From positions 64,001-128,000 of IMG/VR virus record IMGVR_UViG_2706796752_000001: a DNA stretch of 64,000 nt; one strand, written 5' to 3'. The position numbers were made by a program, and so were the translations under genes. A model generated the notes under the pieces. It worked only from the letters and a program-made list of their open reading frames with translations, did no database searches and was not told the DNA's origin. The DNA comes from a virus (Duplodnaviria > Caudoviricetes). Position 1 is the stretch's first letter, and every line of letters starts with the position of its first letter. Of the stretch, positions 29,483 through 39,286 are shown in pieces.

Positions 29483-29788
29483 ATGTCTATTAGAAAAGTA
29501 GATTTAGACAATGGTAAATATACCATTCGTTTTAACGAGAGCACTGGAGCGTTAAGTGTCTTACGACATGGAGAGCAATGGTCAGAGGAGACTGGTAGTA
29601 AGTTCATCTTATCTGTACTTCATCGTATTGAAGAATTACAAGATAAAGAGAAAAAGCTACAAGAGAAAATTAATACAATGTACAGCTTACTAGATGATGC
29701 ACATACAATAATGGGTGATTCCCATTGTGATGACAATGATGTGTACTCGGAAGTTAGCGATTTCTTATATAAATTCAACAAAGAATAG
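29483..29788 (+). CDS. hypothetical protein
   Basis: RBS AAGGAGG. Confidence 0.65.
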   Translation: MSIRKVDLDNGKYTIRFNESTGALSVLRHGEQWSEETGSKFILSVLHRIEELQDKEKKLQEKINTMYSLLDDAHTIMGDSHCDDNDVYSEVSDFLYKFNKE

Positions 29789-29799
29789 GAGACGATTTA

Positions 29800-30909
29800 A
29801 TGTTCAACACTGTAACAGAAGAAAAACCTTTTAGACTTTACAACCCAGCAGCACCTAACCGAGCAACGCGTATCTTTGGTGGCGTAGCGAATGGTATCCG
29901 AAATTGGGACGACCAGTTAGTAGATAAGTGGATGGACTTCCAGAAAGCATTATACGGTGAGTATTGGATTCCAGAAGAAGTTCGTATGGGTAAAGACATC
30001 GAGCAATACAAATTAGTATTAACAGAGGATGAGAAAATCGTATACGAGCGTGTATCCGGTATGCTCAACTGGTTAGATTCAATGGCTAGTGATATCGTAA
30101 CGATGTTATTCATGACGACATCTGACCCAGCGTTACGTTCTGTGTTAACACTAATTGCATCGTTTGAAACAACGCATAACATCTCATACGAGCACATGAC
30201 GAGCTCAGTTATCAGTTTCGAGCGTAAGCAGCAGTACTTCGCTAAAGTACAAGAGTTACCATTGTTGGCTAAACGTAACAGCCATATTATCGCGCAGCTA
30301 GAAGATATGTGTGACCTGTTCCGTGACAAGCTGTCGAAAAACGAACCTATTACATTCACAGAAGAGGAAATTCTACGAATCTTTAAAGGATTAGTGGCTT
30401 ACCAGATTCTAGAGGGACTATACTTCTCTGGTGGATTCGTGTACTTCCACTCATTAGCACGAGATAACAAAATGATTGAGTCCAACAATATGATTAACTT
30501 AATCAAAGCTGATGAGAACCAACATAGTGAGGTATTCGGTTTCGTTATTCAAATCCTAATTAAAGAGAATCCATTCTTAAATACAAAAGAGAATATGGAT
30601 TGGGCTTTGTCATTCATTCAAACGGCAGTAGAGCTAGAGAAAGATTGGACAGAGTGGTTATACAAAGATATTGACACAATGTCAATCGATGAGTACCACA
30701 ACTACGCCGAGTATCTAGCAAACTTAATTTGCCGCAATGCAGGTATGCAGGAGCCATTCCCAGACAATGGTGAGTTACGAGCTAAATGGATTGTAACGTA
30801 TGGTTCTAAGATGTCTGGTAGCAACGAGATTGCATCTAAGGTAGATTTCCTACAGGGTAACGCTATCGGATACAAACACAAGTCAGAAGAGGAAGAGATG
30901 GACTTCTAA
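29800..30909 (+). CDS. nrdB: class I ribonucleotide reductase beta subunit
   Basis: WIPEEV, LDS, ETTHNISY (radical Tyr), LEGLYF, DENQH dimetal ligands. Confidence 0.95.
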   Translation: MFNTVTEEKPFRLYNPAAPNRATRIFGGVANGIRNWDDQLVDKWMDFQKALYGEYWIPEEVRMGKDIEQYKLVLTEDEKIVYERVSGMLNWLDSMASDIVTMLFMTTSDPALRSVLTLIASFETTHNISYEHMTSSVISFERKQQYFAKVQELPLLAKRNSHIIAQLEDMCDLFRDKLSKNEPITFTEEEILRIFKGLVAYQILEGLYFSGGFVYFHSLARDNKMIESNNMINLIKADENQHSEVFGFVIQILIKENPFLNTKENMDWALSFIQTAVELEKDWTEWLYKDIDTMSIDEYHNYAEYLANLICRNAGMQEPFPDNGELRAKWIVTYGSKMSGSNEIASKVDFLQGNAIGYKHKSEEEEMDF

Positions 30910-31388
30910 TGAAGTCTACTCTCTTTTACTACTCTTTAAAAGGTAATACGGTAGGAATATTATCTGAGTTAAGAGAAGAAGAGTTTACGCACATTATAGA
31001 TTTAGGATATGATGGTATAACGAAAAGCTTAGTACGAGACTTGATTAAAGAGTCTACTATAATTGTACTGGCAGTACCGACTTATTATCCATCATATCAA
31101 GAGAAACCAGACTTTCCTAAATTTCTACGAAAATATGAAAAAGAACTCTTGCAAATTAGAGATAAACATGTTATAGTAGTAGGTAGTGGTAGAAGTGAGT
31201 ACAAACATTTCTGTGGCTCAGTAGATTTCTTCAGACAACACTATGTTAAAGCAAACTATGTGAAGACATTTAAGTTTGAAGGATATCCTAGAGCGAAAGA
31301 GATATCTCAGTTTACTAGATTATATAGAGAAGAGGTAAAGGAGGTTACCAATGGCAAAGGTACACAAAGTCTTAATGTACGTGACTGA
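30909..31388 (+). CDS. flavodoxin (NrdI-like RNR accessory protein)
   Basis: YYSLKGNT, VPTY, VGSGRSEYKHFCGSVD; coupled to the beta subunit. Confidence 0.85.
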   Translation: MKSTLFYYSLKGNTVGILSELREEEFTHIIDLGYDGITKSLVRDLIKESTIIVLAVPTYYPSYQEKPDFPKFLRKYEKELLQIRDKHVIVVGSGRSEYKHFCGSVDFFRQHYVKANYVKTFKFEGYPRAKEISQFTRLYREEVKEVTNGKGTQSLNVRD

Positions 31389-31590
31389 TTACGAAGAGTT
31401 CAGTGCAGAGCAAGTAGCTCAAGAAATAAAACGAACGTTACAACGCTCAGAGTTCTCAGTTCTAATAGAGCGTCATGAGGAGTCACCGCCGTTCGAGTGG
31501 GACGATGACCTTAAGATTAACTACGCAGACGAGACAGCAGAAGACTACGAAAACATTATGAAGGGGAGACCAGAATATGACAGAACATAA
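31351..31590 (+). CDS. hypothetical acidic protein
   Basis: RBS AAGGAGG. Confidence 0.6.
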   Translation: MAKVHKVLMYVTDYEEFSAEQVAQEIKRTLQRSEFSVLIERHEESPPFEWDDDLKINYADETAEDYENIMKGRPEYDRT

Positions 31591-31978
31591 ATTTACAGAA
31601 GTAGAGGCAGCACGCGTAATGAAAATCGTAGTAGGTGATAAAGCAGGTGCTTTCCCTATGGAAGACGAAATCTTGATGACATCTATCCTTAACGATGTAT
31701 TAACGAAAGATACAGTGAACGAGACGAAGGATGTAATCACAAAGACAGAAGAGATTCTGCGACGTTTACATGTAGCGCTGCAAGAAAAGAAACTAGCTAA
31801 TAAAGTTAAAGAAGAAGTGGACAAGCTTGTAGACGCTATTAACACGTTGTATCCGGAAGAGTCACGTCACTATCGTGTAGATGCAGTACGTAAAGCCGGA
31901 TTCAAAACCGCCGAGTTTAAAGTCCATAAGCATGACATTCTAGTTAATCAATTCAAGAAATATCTGGAGGTAAAATAA
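31577..31978 (+). CDS. hypothetical protein
   Basis: RBS AAGGGGAG. Confidence 0.6.
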   Translation: MTEHKFTEVEAARVMKIVVGDKAGAFPMEDEILMTSILNDVLTKDTVNETKDVITKTEEILRRLHVALQEKKLANKVKEEVDKLVDAINTLYPEESRHYRVDAVRKAGFKTAEFKVHKHDILVNQFKKYLEVK

Positions 31979-32246
31979 TGAAAAAGTTAATCAAATTATA
32001 CACAACACCATGCGCACCATGCCAAGCGGTAGGTAATTACTAGAGAACGAATTAGAAGTTGAGCATCACTCAGTCCACGTAGAGGAGCATCCGGAAGTTG
32101 CAGCACATTATGAACTAGCTTCAGTTCCGACTGTTATCCTTGTCGAAGTGGAAAACGAAGAAGATGTTATTGGAACAGAGATTAAACGCTCAATGAAATT
32201 CGTCCCAGACGAGTTAGATGAGTTAGCGGAATTACTAGTAAAATAA
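31978..32246 (+). pseudogene. thioredoxin/NrdH-like redoxin interrupted by a 1-nt frameshift (or a sequencing error)
   Basis: MKKLIKLYTTPCAPCQAVGNY then TAG at 32041; the -1 frame continues LENELEVEHHSVHVEEHPEVAAHYELASVPTVILVE...LLVK to TAA 32244-32246 and contains the cis-Pro VPT motif. Confidence 0.85.
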
Positions 32247-32272
32247 AACTATAAAACAACGGAGGGTTTATT

Positions 32273-32551
32273 ATGACAAACACATTAACTAAACAAGAGG
32301 CACAGGAAAAGTTACAGGAGCGCATCGAGGCGAACCTAGCAGAAGGCGGAGATTACGGATTCGGTAAAGTTGCTGCATTCCGTAAATCGAAAGAAATCGT
32401 ATCTGCAATTAAGGAGAACAACACAGTTGTTGCAGGACCAACAAAAGCGTTCGTAGAAGAGATTGCATCTCTAGCATTTAACGGTAAGGTTGATGAAGAG
32501 CAGCTACAAGACATCATTAACGAGGAGTTCGCTAAATATGAAGTGCAATAA
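32273..32551 (+). CDS. hypothetical protein
   Basis: RBS GGAGGG. Confidence 0.65.
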   Translation: MTNTLTKQEAQEKLQERIEANLAEGGDYGFGKVAAFRKSKEIVSAIKENNTVVAGPTKAFVEEIASLAFNGKVDEEQLQDIINEEFAKYEVQ

Positions 32552-32903
32552 CAAGTATTGTTGCTTCCAAGCATTCGATAGTTGTTGTCATGAGAGTGAG
32601 GAGGGGTTCGATAATGCAACCCCTAACCAGCTCGATTGTCCGTCTTCGGTACGAGAAGATTTAGAGAACGAGTTATATGAATATGCAACGTATCTACAAG
32701 ACCATTTCGACGACTTGAAGCCTAGATATCAAGCGCATATGACGAGATTCATCTTAGAGCAAAGACACAGTAAGACGAAAATAGATATCTTGCTAGATAC
32801 ATTCTCTCGTAAAACAAACTTTAATATGTCGACACAAATGCGAACATTATCCGAGTTAGTTGAAATTAAGAAGCAAATGGATAAGCTGGAGGAGAATATT
32901 TAA
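32538..32903 (+). CDS. hypothetical protein with a Cys-rich N-terminus
   Basis: RBS GAGGAG; MKCNNKYCCFQAFDSCCH. Confidence 0.6.
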   Translation: MKCNNKYCCFQAFDSCCHESEEGFDNATPNQLDCPSSVREDLENELYEYATYLQDHFDDLKPRYQAHMTRFILEQRHSKTKIDILLDTFSRKTNFNMSTQMRTLSELVEIKKQMDKLEENI

Positions 32904-33127
32904 TGCTTAGGTCATTAGACACGCAGTACGTAACTATTGTGATAACAAACGATAAAGGGAAAAACAGAGTTGGCACCTACACATTAGAAAACTTACTTCA
33001 TACAACAGAAGAAGAGTTAGTCGAGGAGCTAACACAATGTGATTGCCAACCAGTAGGGGAGAGTTACCATGTTGAATGCAATTGCGAAGATGAGTGGGAA
33101 GATTTCAAACTTAGCGTCGAACTCTAA
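32903..33127 (+). CDS. hypothetical protein
   Basis: Coupled start; CDC...CNC. Confidence 0.6.
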   Translation: MLRSLDTQYVTIVITNDKGKNRVGTYTLENLLHTTEEELVEELTQCDCQPVGESYHVECNCEDEWEDFKLSVEL

Positions 33128-33335
33128 TGACTTCACAGTCAGTATAGGAGAGTATGTAATCGTTAGTTCTTCTAAGGAAGGTCAGAACGCGCTAGTAGCA
33201 TTAACGATGAGTGCGAAGGTAGAGATGATTAAGGTTAACGACTGTACAGTAGGGAATCTAGAGAAGATGATTAAAGTAGCGAAAGACACATTAGTTAATC
33301 ATCTAGTAAAAGAGAAAGAGAGTTTATATCGATGA
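33069..33335 (+). CDS. hypothetical protein (start uncertain)
   Basis: ORF fills the gap between neighbours. Confidence 0.45.
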   Translation: MLNAIAKMSGKISNLASNSNDFTVSIGEYVIVSSSKEGQNALVALTMSAKVEMIKVNDCTVGNLEKMIKVAKDTLVNHLVKEKESLYR

Positions 33336-33493
33336 ACACTTATTCTGTATCTTACGTAACAGCTGATAACAAACGACGATATGCTAGTTTGGATGCGAAG
33401 AACCTAGCAATGCTAGAACAGATTATCCATCGTATCCAATATACAAAACAAGATATGATTATCACGTCAATCGTGCTAACTGGAATGAGATAG
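33332..33493 (+). CDS. small hypothetical protein (53 aa, not in the ORF track)
   Basis: ATGA overlap; MNTYSVSYVTADNKRRYASLDAKNL... Confidence 0.5.
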   Translation: MNTYSVSYVTADNKRRYASLDAKNLAMLEQIIHRIQYTKQDMIITSIVLTGMR

Positions 33494-33544
33494 AGTCCCT
33501 AAAAAGGACTCTATTTTGTTGTACTTTTTATGTTGTGCTATACT
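33490..33544 (+). promoter_or_regulatory. terminator plus extended -10 promoter
   Basis: ATAGAGTCC/GGACTCTAT stem plus T tract; TGCTATACT at 33536-33544. Confidence 0.65.
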
Positions 33545-33573
33545 AATAGTATAGACAAATAGGAGGTCATCAT

Positions 33574-34344
33574 ATGGCAAAGAACGTGAGAAAAAGAACA
33601 GTTAACATCCATAACTCGGACCGAAGTGTTAACGCTAACTATACAACAGTAGAAAAAGAAGCAGAAGGTATCAAGGTGACTGCGCTAAATGCAGAAGAGC
33701 TTTACCGTACGCTAGGTGAACTAAAAGATGAATCATCAATCATTACTGAACGAGACGAGAATAAATACCTTGTATACCAGCAAAGATACGGTGACGATAC
33801 GTTAAACAATCTAGTATTCGACCACGGTGGATTCATCCAATATTATGTAACAGGTAAAGCAAGCGTACATGTAATTAATAAACTAGCAGGTGTTCCAGAA
33901 TCGGAGATTATCTATGGACCGAAGAAAGAATACACAGCAGATGAAGTAGAGAATGTTAGATTGGCTTCTATGGCTACTAGCACGGTCGTAGACGCGCCTA
34001 TCGTTCTTCCGGATATAAATGTGTACGATTATCTGTTTAGCCTTCACAGCCTACGATATCATGTCGATAAGGTACGTATTAGTTTCCCAGCTCTAGAAGC
34101 TGAAGAAATTACAGAAGAGCGTAGTAAATACTATGAAGAGCGCGGTGGTAAGTTCTACGTGCTACCGGAATACAAATATAAATGTTTCTGCCATCTTCAA
34201 GAGCCATTATCAACTTGGAAGATGAATATCTGGATTGTTTGTGATGATGCATTTGATGCTAACGAGGTCGAGTGTCTAGTAGATACAAAAAATCGTAAGT
34301 TCAAGTACAATCATAATGTCACAATTCTGGATGGTGTGAAATGA
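33574..34344 (+). CDS. conserved hypothetical protein
   Basis: RBS AGGAGG; conserved position upstream of the HU-like gene and DNA polymerase. Confidence 0.65.
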   Translation: MAKNVRKRTVNIHNSDRSVNANYTTVEKEAEGIKVTALNAEELYRTLGELKDESSIITERDENKYLVYQQRYGDDTLNNLVFDHGGFIQYYVTGKASVHVINKLAGVPESEIIYGPKKEYTADEVENVRLASMATSTVVDAPIVLPDINVYDYLFSLHSLRYHVDKVRISFPALEAEEITEERSKYYEERGGKFYVLPEYKYKCFCHLQEPLSTWKMNIWIVCDDAFDANEVECLVDTKNRKFKYNHNVTILDGVK

Positions 34345-34667
34345 GTAATCTAGTAAATCGACAAGAATTAGCTCGACGTATTGCCTATAACGGTGGGTAT
34401 ACATTAGGGGATATGGACGATGTACTTAAATTACTAGAGGATGTTATCGAAGATGCATTACTAAGTGGTGAGAAAGTTAAACTAGGTAAAACCCTTACGT
34501 TAGATATGGTTAAGCTGCCGAAGAAGAAATGTTGGGACCAGCTGAACGAAAGATATGTAACACGAGAAGAGACGTACGTAGTGAAGGCACAGCTACTTAA
34601 GAAACTGGAATCTATTAGAATACCTGCGAAGGAGTGGAAACATGAACGTAATGAAAAAGATAGTTGA
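34341..34667 (+). CDS. HU/IHF-family (TF1-like) DNA-binding protein
   Basis: VNRQELARRIA...IEDALLSGEKVKLG, followed by a beta-arm. Confidence 0.8.
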   Translation: MSNLVNRQELARRIAYNGGYTLGDMDDVLKLLEDVIEDALLSGEKVKLGKTLTLDMVKLPKKKCWDQLNERYVTREETYVVKAQLLKKLESIRIPAKEWKHERNEKDS

Positions 34668-34875
34668 TATGTTTTTCGGTGGAGATAAGCAGAAAAGGAA
34701 ACAAACTTGTGAGGTATTTTGCCCTAGCTGTAGCGCTGGTATGATTAAGGAAGAAAGTAAAGTTAGATATATTGAGAGTGAACGTTACTATAGATTCATA
34801 TGTAGACCTTGTGGTAAGCGGTCTGTATGGGATTTCGATAACTTCCCTGTCCCTATTTTTATTAGAGAAGAATAA
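34642..34875 (+). CDS. small zinc-ribbon protein
   Basis: CPSC...CRPCG; RBS AAGGAG. Confidence 0.6.
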   Translation: MNVMKKIVDMFFGGDKQKRKQTCEVFCPSCSAGMIKEESKVRYIESERYYRFICRPCGKRSVWDFDNFPVPIFIREE

Positions 34876-34930
34876 TCTTCTCTTTTTTTTTATTTTAGGG
34901 GTTGTACTTACTAGAAACATATGGTAAGAT
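34864..34930 (+). promoter_or_regulatory. terminator plus sigmaA-like promoter
   Basis: AGAGAAGA-ataa-TCTTCTCT plus T tract; TTGTAC(34902)-N17-TAAGAT. Confidence 0.7.
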
Positions 34931-34962
34931 AAAGACAGTTAAGAAAGAGGGGGGCGTTACAA

Positions 34963-35460
34963 ATGAGTGAAACAGTTAGAAATAATGAATTTTACAAAGC
35001 AGCAGCAGACCATCTTATGATTAGTGAACATGAGGACAAATCAACAGGAAAACCATACAGTTTGTATACATTATTCGATGGAGAGTTCGCGATACTACAT
35101 TTTAACAAAAACGACACACTAGTATCAATTGATGTTAAAACTATTATCGATACAGACTTAATTACAGATGAAGAATGGATTCCACTAAAGAGCAATCAAT
35201 ATGTGGGTAACATTATTGAGACATTTAGTAATGTAGGATGTAACGCTACATTTAACGAGATATTGTTGTTAGATAAGACATTCGATTGTAGGCACAATGC
35301 GTATACATCAACGTTCGGTAATAGTGAATCCGTATCATTAAGAAAGTTCATTTCTAGGTTAGAGGAATTACGCGAAGATGATATAAAAAACATATTGAAA
35401 GCAAAATGTTTTAGAACTACGATTACATTAAACGATATCATGTTCTGGGAGGAGAGATAA
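34963..35460 (+). CDS. hypothetical protein (paralog family A)
   Basis: RBS GAGGGGGG; C-terminal motif shared with the ORFs at 35462 and 36174. Confidence 0.65.
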   Translation: MSETVRNNEFYKAAADHLMISEHEDKSTGKPYSLYTLFDGEFAILHFNKNDTLVSIDVKTIIDTDLITDEEWIPLKSNQYVGNIIETFSNVGCNATFNEILLLDKTFDCRHNAYTSTFGNSESVSLRKFISRLEELREDDIKNILKAKCFRTTITLNDIMFWEER

Positions 35461-35461
35461 T

Positions 35462-35956
35462 ATGTACAAGCAAATTAATTTAGGTAGAGTAGTAAAGGGA
35501 CAAGCTTTAGTAGAAATGTTAACAGACTACGTATTTTGCGCGGGAGTAAACGGTAGTCATCACGAGTACTATTACCTGCAAAACGGGGAACTTAGAAAAG
35601 CGAGATTCAACTTGTCAGGTGTTCTGGTTAGTGATTATGCATGCAGCATTTCCTTTAACAACTTGTCTAGTAAGTCTATGAGTGTAGCGGGAGATGTAAG
35701 GAGAGTACCTAAGACATTATCGGAACAAACAGAAGGTACATTCGAGGAGGCTACTAAAAACTATACTGAAGTCAGATGTACGCATACGTACTATACCGCG
35801 GTTTACGGTAATGAGAATGTGACTCTAGCTAAATTCCTAGAAAAATTAACGAATCAATTTACGTCAGACGACATCTCGGAAATCTTAAATAGTAAAACAT
35901 TCTCAATCGGAGTTAATCATCAGCAATTCAAGAAGTTAATTAAGGGGGAGAATTAA
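35462..35956 (+). CDS. hypothetical protein (paralog family A)
   Basis: RBS GGAGGAG. Confidence 0.65.
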   Translation: MYKQINLGRVVKGQALVEMLTDYVFCAGVNGSHHEYYYLQNGELRKARFNLSGVLVSDYACSISFNNLSSKSMSVAGDVRRVPKTLSEQTEGTFEEATKNYTEVRCTHTYYTAVYGNENVTLAKFLEKLTNQFTSDDISEILNSKTFSIGVNHQQFKKLIKGEN

Positions 35957-36174
35957 TGTTTAGCACATACATCGTAGTTATCCTTACTAAGGACGGTAGA
36001 GAAATTAAAGATAGCGTACGTTTATCGTCGAAAGACATGGGTGAGTATATCGAGAAACGCACCAATACATTTAAAGGTTTGTTAGTATCTGATTACTTTG
36101 CGTTACCTTTAGACACCATTGCTTTTCTATTCTTTGAAGGTGAAGCAAATATTTCCAAGGAGGAGATTAAATAA
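35956..36174 (+). CDS. hypothetical protein
   Basis: Coupled start. Confidence 0.6.
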   Translation: MFSTYIVVILTKDGREIKDSVRLSSKDMGEYIEKRTNTFKGLLVSDYFALPLDTIAFLFFEGEANISKEEIK

Positions 36175-36656
36175 TGGCAGAAGAATACATGGAGTTACAT
36201 TTCATAGGTTTAGATGTATTACCACACTTAACTAAAGGGTGGTTCCGTAAAGAGGGAACAACAGATGCGTACAGGATTATTGAAGGTAATATCATTCACT
36301 GGGATATGTTAAATAAAGAACAAAAGCACGATAACTCACTACCGTTCGCAGTACTAGCTCAAGGTACATTTGTGTATCAAGATTACAGTGAATCTAAAAA
36401 CTTTAAAGAGATTATCGGTTCTAATAATACATGGTTAATGGAAGAGACAGATATTAAAGGTTTAATGACAGCTGGTAAAAAATTCATTACACTAGAGCAT
36501 GAATTTACTAGATTGTTAGATGTTATTGTACTAAACGTAAATGAAGGGCAAGTTAGACCGATGCTACTTGATGATTTCTTATACGCTATGCATGAACTAG
36601 ATTTAGAAGAAATCCAACAAATCATGGATGAAGCTACATTCTGGAAGGAGATTTAA
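36174..36656 (+). CDS. hypothetical protein (paralog family A)
   Basis: RBS AAGGAGG. Confidence 0.65.
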   Translation: MAEEYMELHFIGLDVLPHLTKGWFRKEGTTDAYRIIEGNIIHWDMLNKEQKHDNSLPFAVLAQGTFVYQDYSESKNFKEIIGSNNTWLMEETDIKGLMTAGKKFITLEHEFTRLLDVIVLNVNEGQVRPMLLDDFLYAMHELDLEEIQQIMDEATFWKEI

Positions 36657-36657
36657 T

Positions 36658-36834
36658 ATGGCTTATCCAAAATGTGATGCTTGCGGAATCGACATCTATC
36701 CGGTAATTAAAAGAGTCTTTGGAGGATGCTGCACGGATTGCCGTGACCGTATCGACGCTATGAAAGAGAGACAAAAACTAAAGGAGGAAGAAAATAATGT
36801 TCAGAAAAGAATCAATGACAATCAAACCGTCTAA
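36658..36834 (+). CDS. small zinc-finger protein
   Basis: CDACG...CCTDC; RBS AAGGAG. Confidence 0.6.
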   Translation: MAYPKCDACGIDIYPVIKRVFGGCCTDCRDRIDAMKERQKLKEEENNVQKRINDNQTV

Positions 36835-37108
36835 ACCACAACCACAAAATGAGAAGGGAGAGTTAATCACAGTTGTTTTCCAGATGACATCCGGTCGAGT
36901 GAAACGAATCCTTAATGTCGATGTAGACTCATTCGCAAACTTTGCAGAACGAAATAACAACTATAACTGGATTACATTCAACGACATCTCAGTAAATCTA
37001 CGAAATGTAGACTTTTATTGGAAAGAACTACAAGATGGTAGATTAGACCCTAATAAACCTATGAAAGTAGTACAAGTAGAAGAAGATAAAGAGGAAGCAG
37101 GGGAGTAG
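36797..37108 (+). CDS. hypothetical protein
   Basis: RBS AAGGAGG. Confidence 0.6.
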   Translation: MFRKESMTIKPSKPQPQNEKGELITVVFQMTSGRVKRILNVDVDSFANFAERNNNYNWITFNDISVNLRNVDFYWKELQDGRLDPNKPMKVVQVEEDKEEAGE

Positions 37109-37154
37109 TCCCTTGCTTTTTTCTATTGACAAAAGTATGATAGTATGGTATTAT
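37095..37154 (+). promoter_or_regulatory. terminator plus sigmaA promoter of DNA polymerase
   Basis: AAGCAGGGGA/TCCCTTGCTT stem plus T tract; TTGACA(37126)-N17-TATTAT. Confidence 0.8.
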
Positions 37155-37174
37155 TCTAGTAAGGAGGAGATATA

Positions 37175-39286
37175 ATGAAAATAATGTTTGCGCTAGACCA
37201 CATCCGCGAAGAGCACTTCAAACAGAAGCGCGGAACAAACGAACTAGAGTTTAACTATCACAACACTGAAGCAGGGAAAACACTAGCAGCTCTGGTAGGT
37301 AAGAAAGGTTTAAACCTTAAACAAGACCAATGGTATATCGATTACGCGTTTAAACGGGTCCCTAAGGTCCGTACACGTAATAGAAATAAGAAAGCAGTAT
37401 CATACGTACCAGTAACGCAGAAAGAAGCAAACCCGTTATATGAAGAGTTCTCAGCTCGTGTTATTAAAGACAAACCAGATGTTATTGTTCCGATGGGTAA
37501 TATGTCGTGTAAGGCTACAATAGGAAAGTCAGAGATTTCTAAACTTCGGGGTGTGCCTAGACGAGAGATTATCACATCTAAATTAACAGATGAAACACAT
37601 GAGTGTTGGATTCTTCCTACTTATTCTATGGAGTATTTACTGTTCCAGCCTAAGATTACTAACTTAGTAGTGGCAGATATGGGTATCTTAAAGAAATATG
37701 TAGAGGACGGTTACTCCGCGTTTATGCCTAAGAAAGTAGAATACGAGGACGTTACCACAATTGCACGTGTACGTGAGATATTTACGAAAGAGATTGTTAA
37801 CGCTCCTGTAGTTGCATGGGATTTAGAGACTAATACACTAAGTGCAGAGAAAGTAGGAGCTAAACCTTTATGTATTAGTTTATCGTGGCGTGAGGGACAA
37901 GGTGTCACCATCCCATTGCAGCATAAGTGTTTCACTTGGAATCTAGGAGAGTTAGCTGAGATTTATAAATTCGTAGAAGAGTTCGTAGGCTCCAAGCAGA
38001 TTAAAGTCGGACATAATATTAAGTTCGATATTCGCTTCCTTCGTTTAACTAGAAACATCACTGTGTTTAATAATAACCGAGATACACAGGTTATGTACTG
38101 GCTACTAGTCAACCAAGAAGTAAAAGACTCTTTACGACTATCAGACCTAACATATGAATTTACAGATATGGGTGGATATGATAGAGAGCTAGAAGACTTC
38201 AAGGAGAACTTTAAGAAGAATGCACTTGCAGAAGACAAGAAGCGTATCGACAAACTTAAAGATGAATGGAAAGAGCAATGTACACTTGACCGTGCAGAAG
38301 CTAACGCACAGATTAAAGAGTTAAAAGAAATAGTAAAAGTACTCAAGAAACAGAATACAGCTTACAAGAAAGATATGGGTACAAAAGAGGACAACCCGAC
38401 CATCATGGAGCAGATTGGCGAGCTTCTGTTAAAGCAGCAGGATTTAAAATATGTTAAGCCTAAGATGCCTGATTTCGGCACACCGCAGAGTCCACGTAAT
38501 GAAATTGATGGTAGTGACTTTAACTATGAATGGATTCCTTTCTTTGAGATGCTAAGTCCATACGCAGCAGGTGACGTTGATGTGTGTTTACGTATCTACA
38601 ACGCGCTAGATAAACGAGCACACGATGAAGGGTTAACGAAGAAGATTGACCTATACTCGAATCACTACGTAGAACTAACTAACGTATTAGCTAAATTAGA
38701 GGCTACTGGCGTCCAGCTAGACATCCCTTACGTGAAACATATGGCTGAGATATACATCGCAGAAGAACAGCGCTTAATCGAGCTTATACGCACATATAAA
38801 ACGTCGAAGGATGTTGAAGCTTACAAAGAAGAGTTGTACCAGATGGGTGTAGAGGAGTTCGCTAAGCCAAAAGCAGAACGTGACCCAGAAACTGAGAAGT
38901 TGCGAACTAAACTTATGGACCCAGAGAAACGAAAGTTTAATCCAGCATCCTCAGATGACAAACAACGTGCATGGTACCTTATCAATGGGGTACAGCTACC
39001 ATTTAACCGAGAGTACCTTACAGATACGGCTCTAAATAACAACATCACAGAGCATGAAGCAGAATGGTATCACTTTAAAGCAGATAAGACAGCGTTCGAG
39101 TACATTAAGGACAACTATCCAGAGCATAAAGAACTTGCAGAGATTTACCTAGAGTACTCTTTAGTTAAAACTCGTAAACAATCATTCACTTACAAGTTCT
39201 TAGAAATGGTAGATGCGGATGGACGATTACACGGACGATTTAACCCAACAGGTACAGCAACATCACGTTTAAGCTCGGCTGGTCCT
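37175..39286 (+). CDS. family A DNA polymerase, exon 1 (UDG-like domain, 3'-5' exonuclease, start of the polymerase domain)
   Basis: KPDVIVPMGN...LRG...ILPTYS (UDG fold); WDLET, GHNIKFD and YAAGD exonuclease motifs; ends TATSRLSSAGP. Confidence 0.93.
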
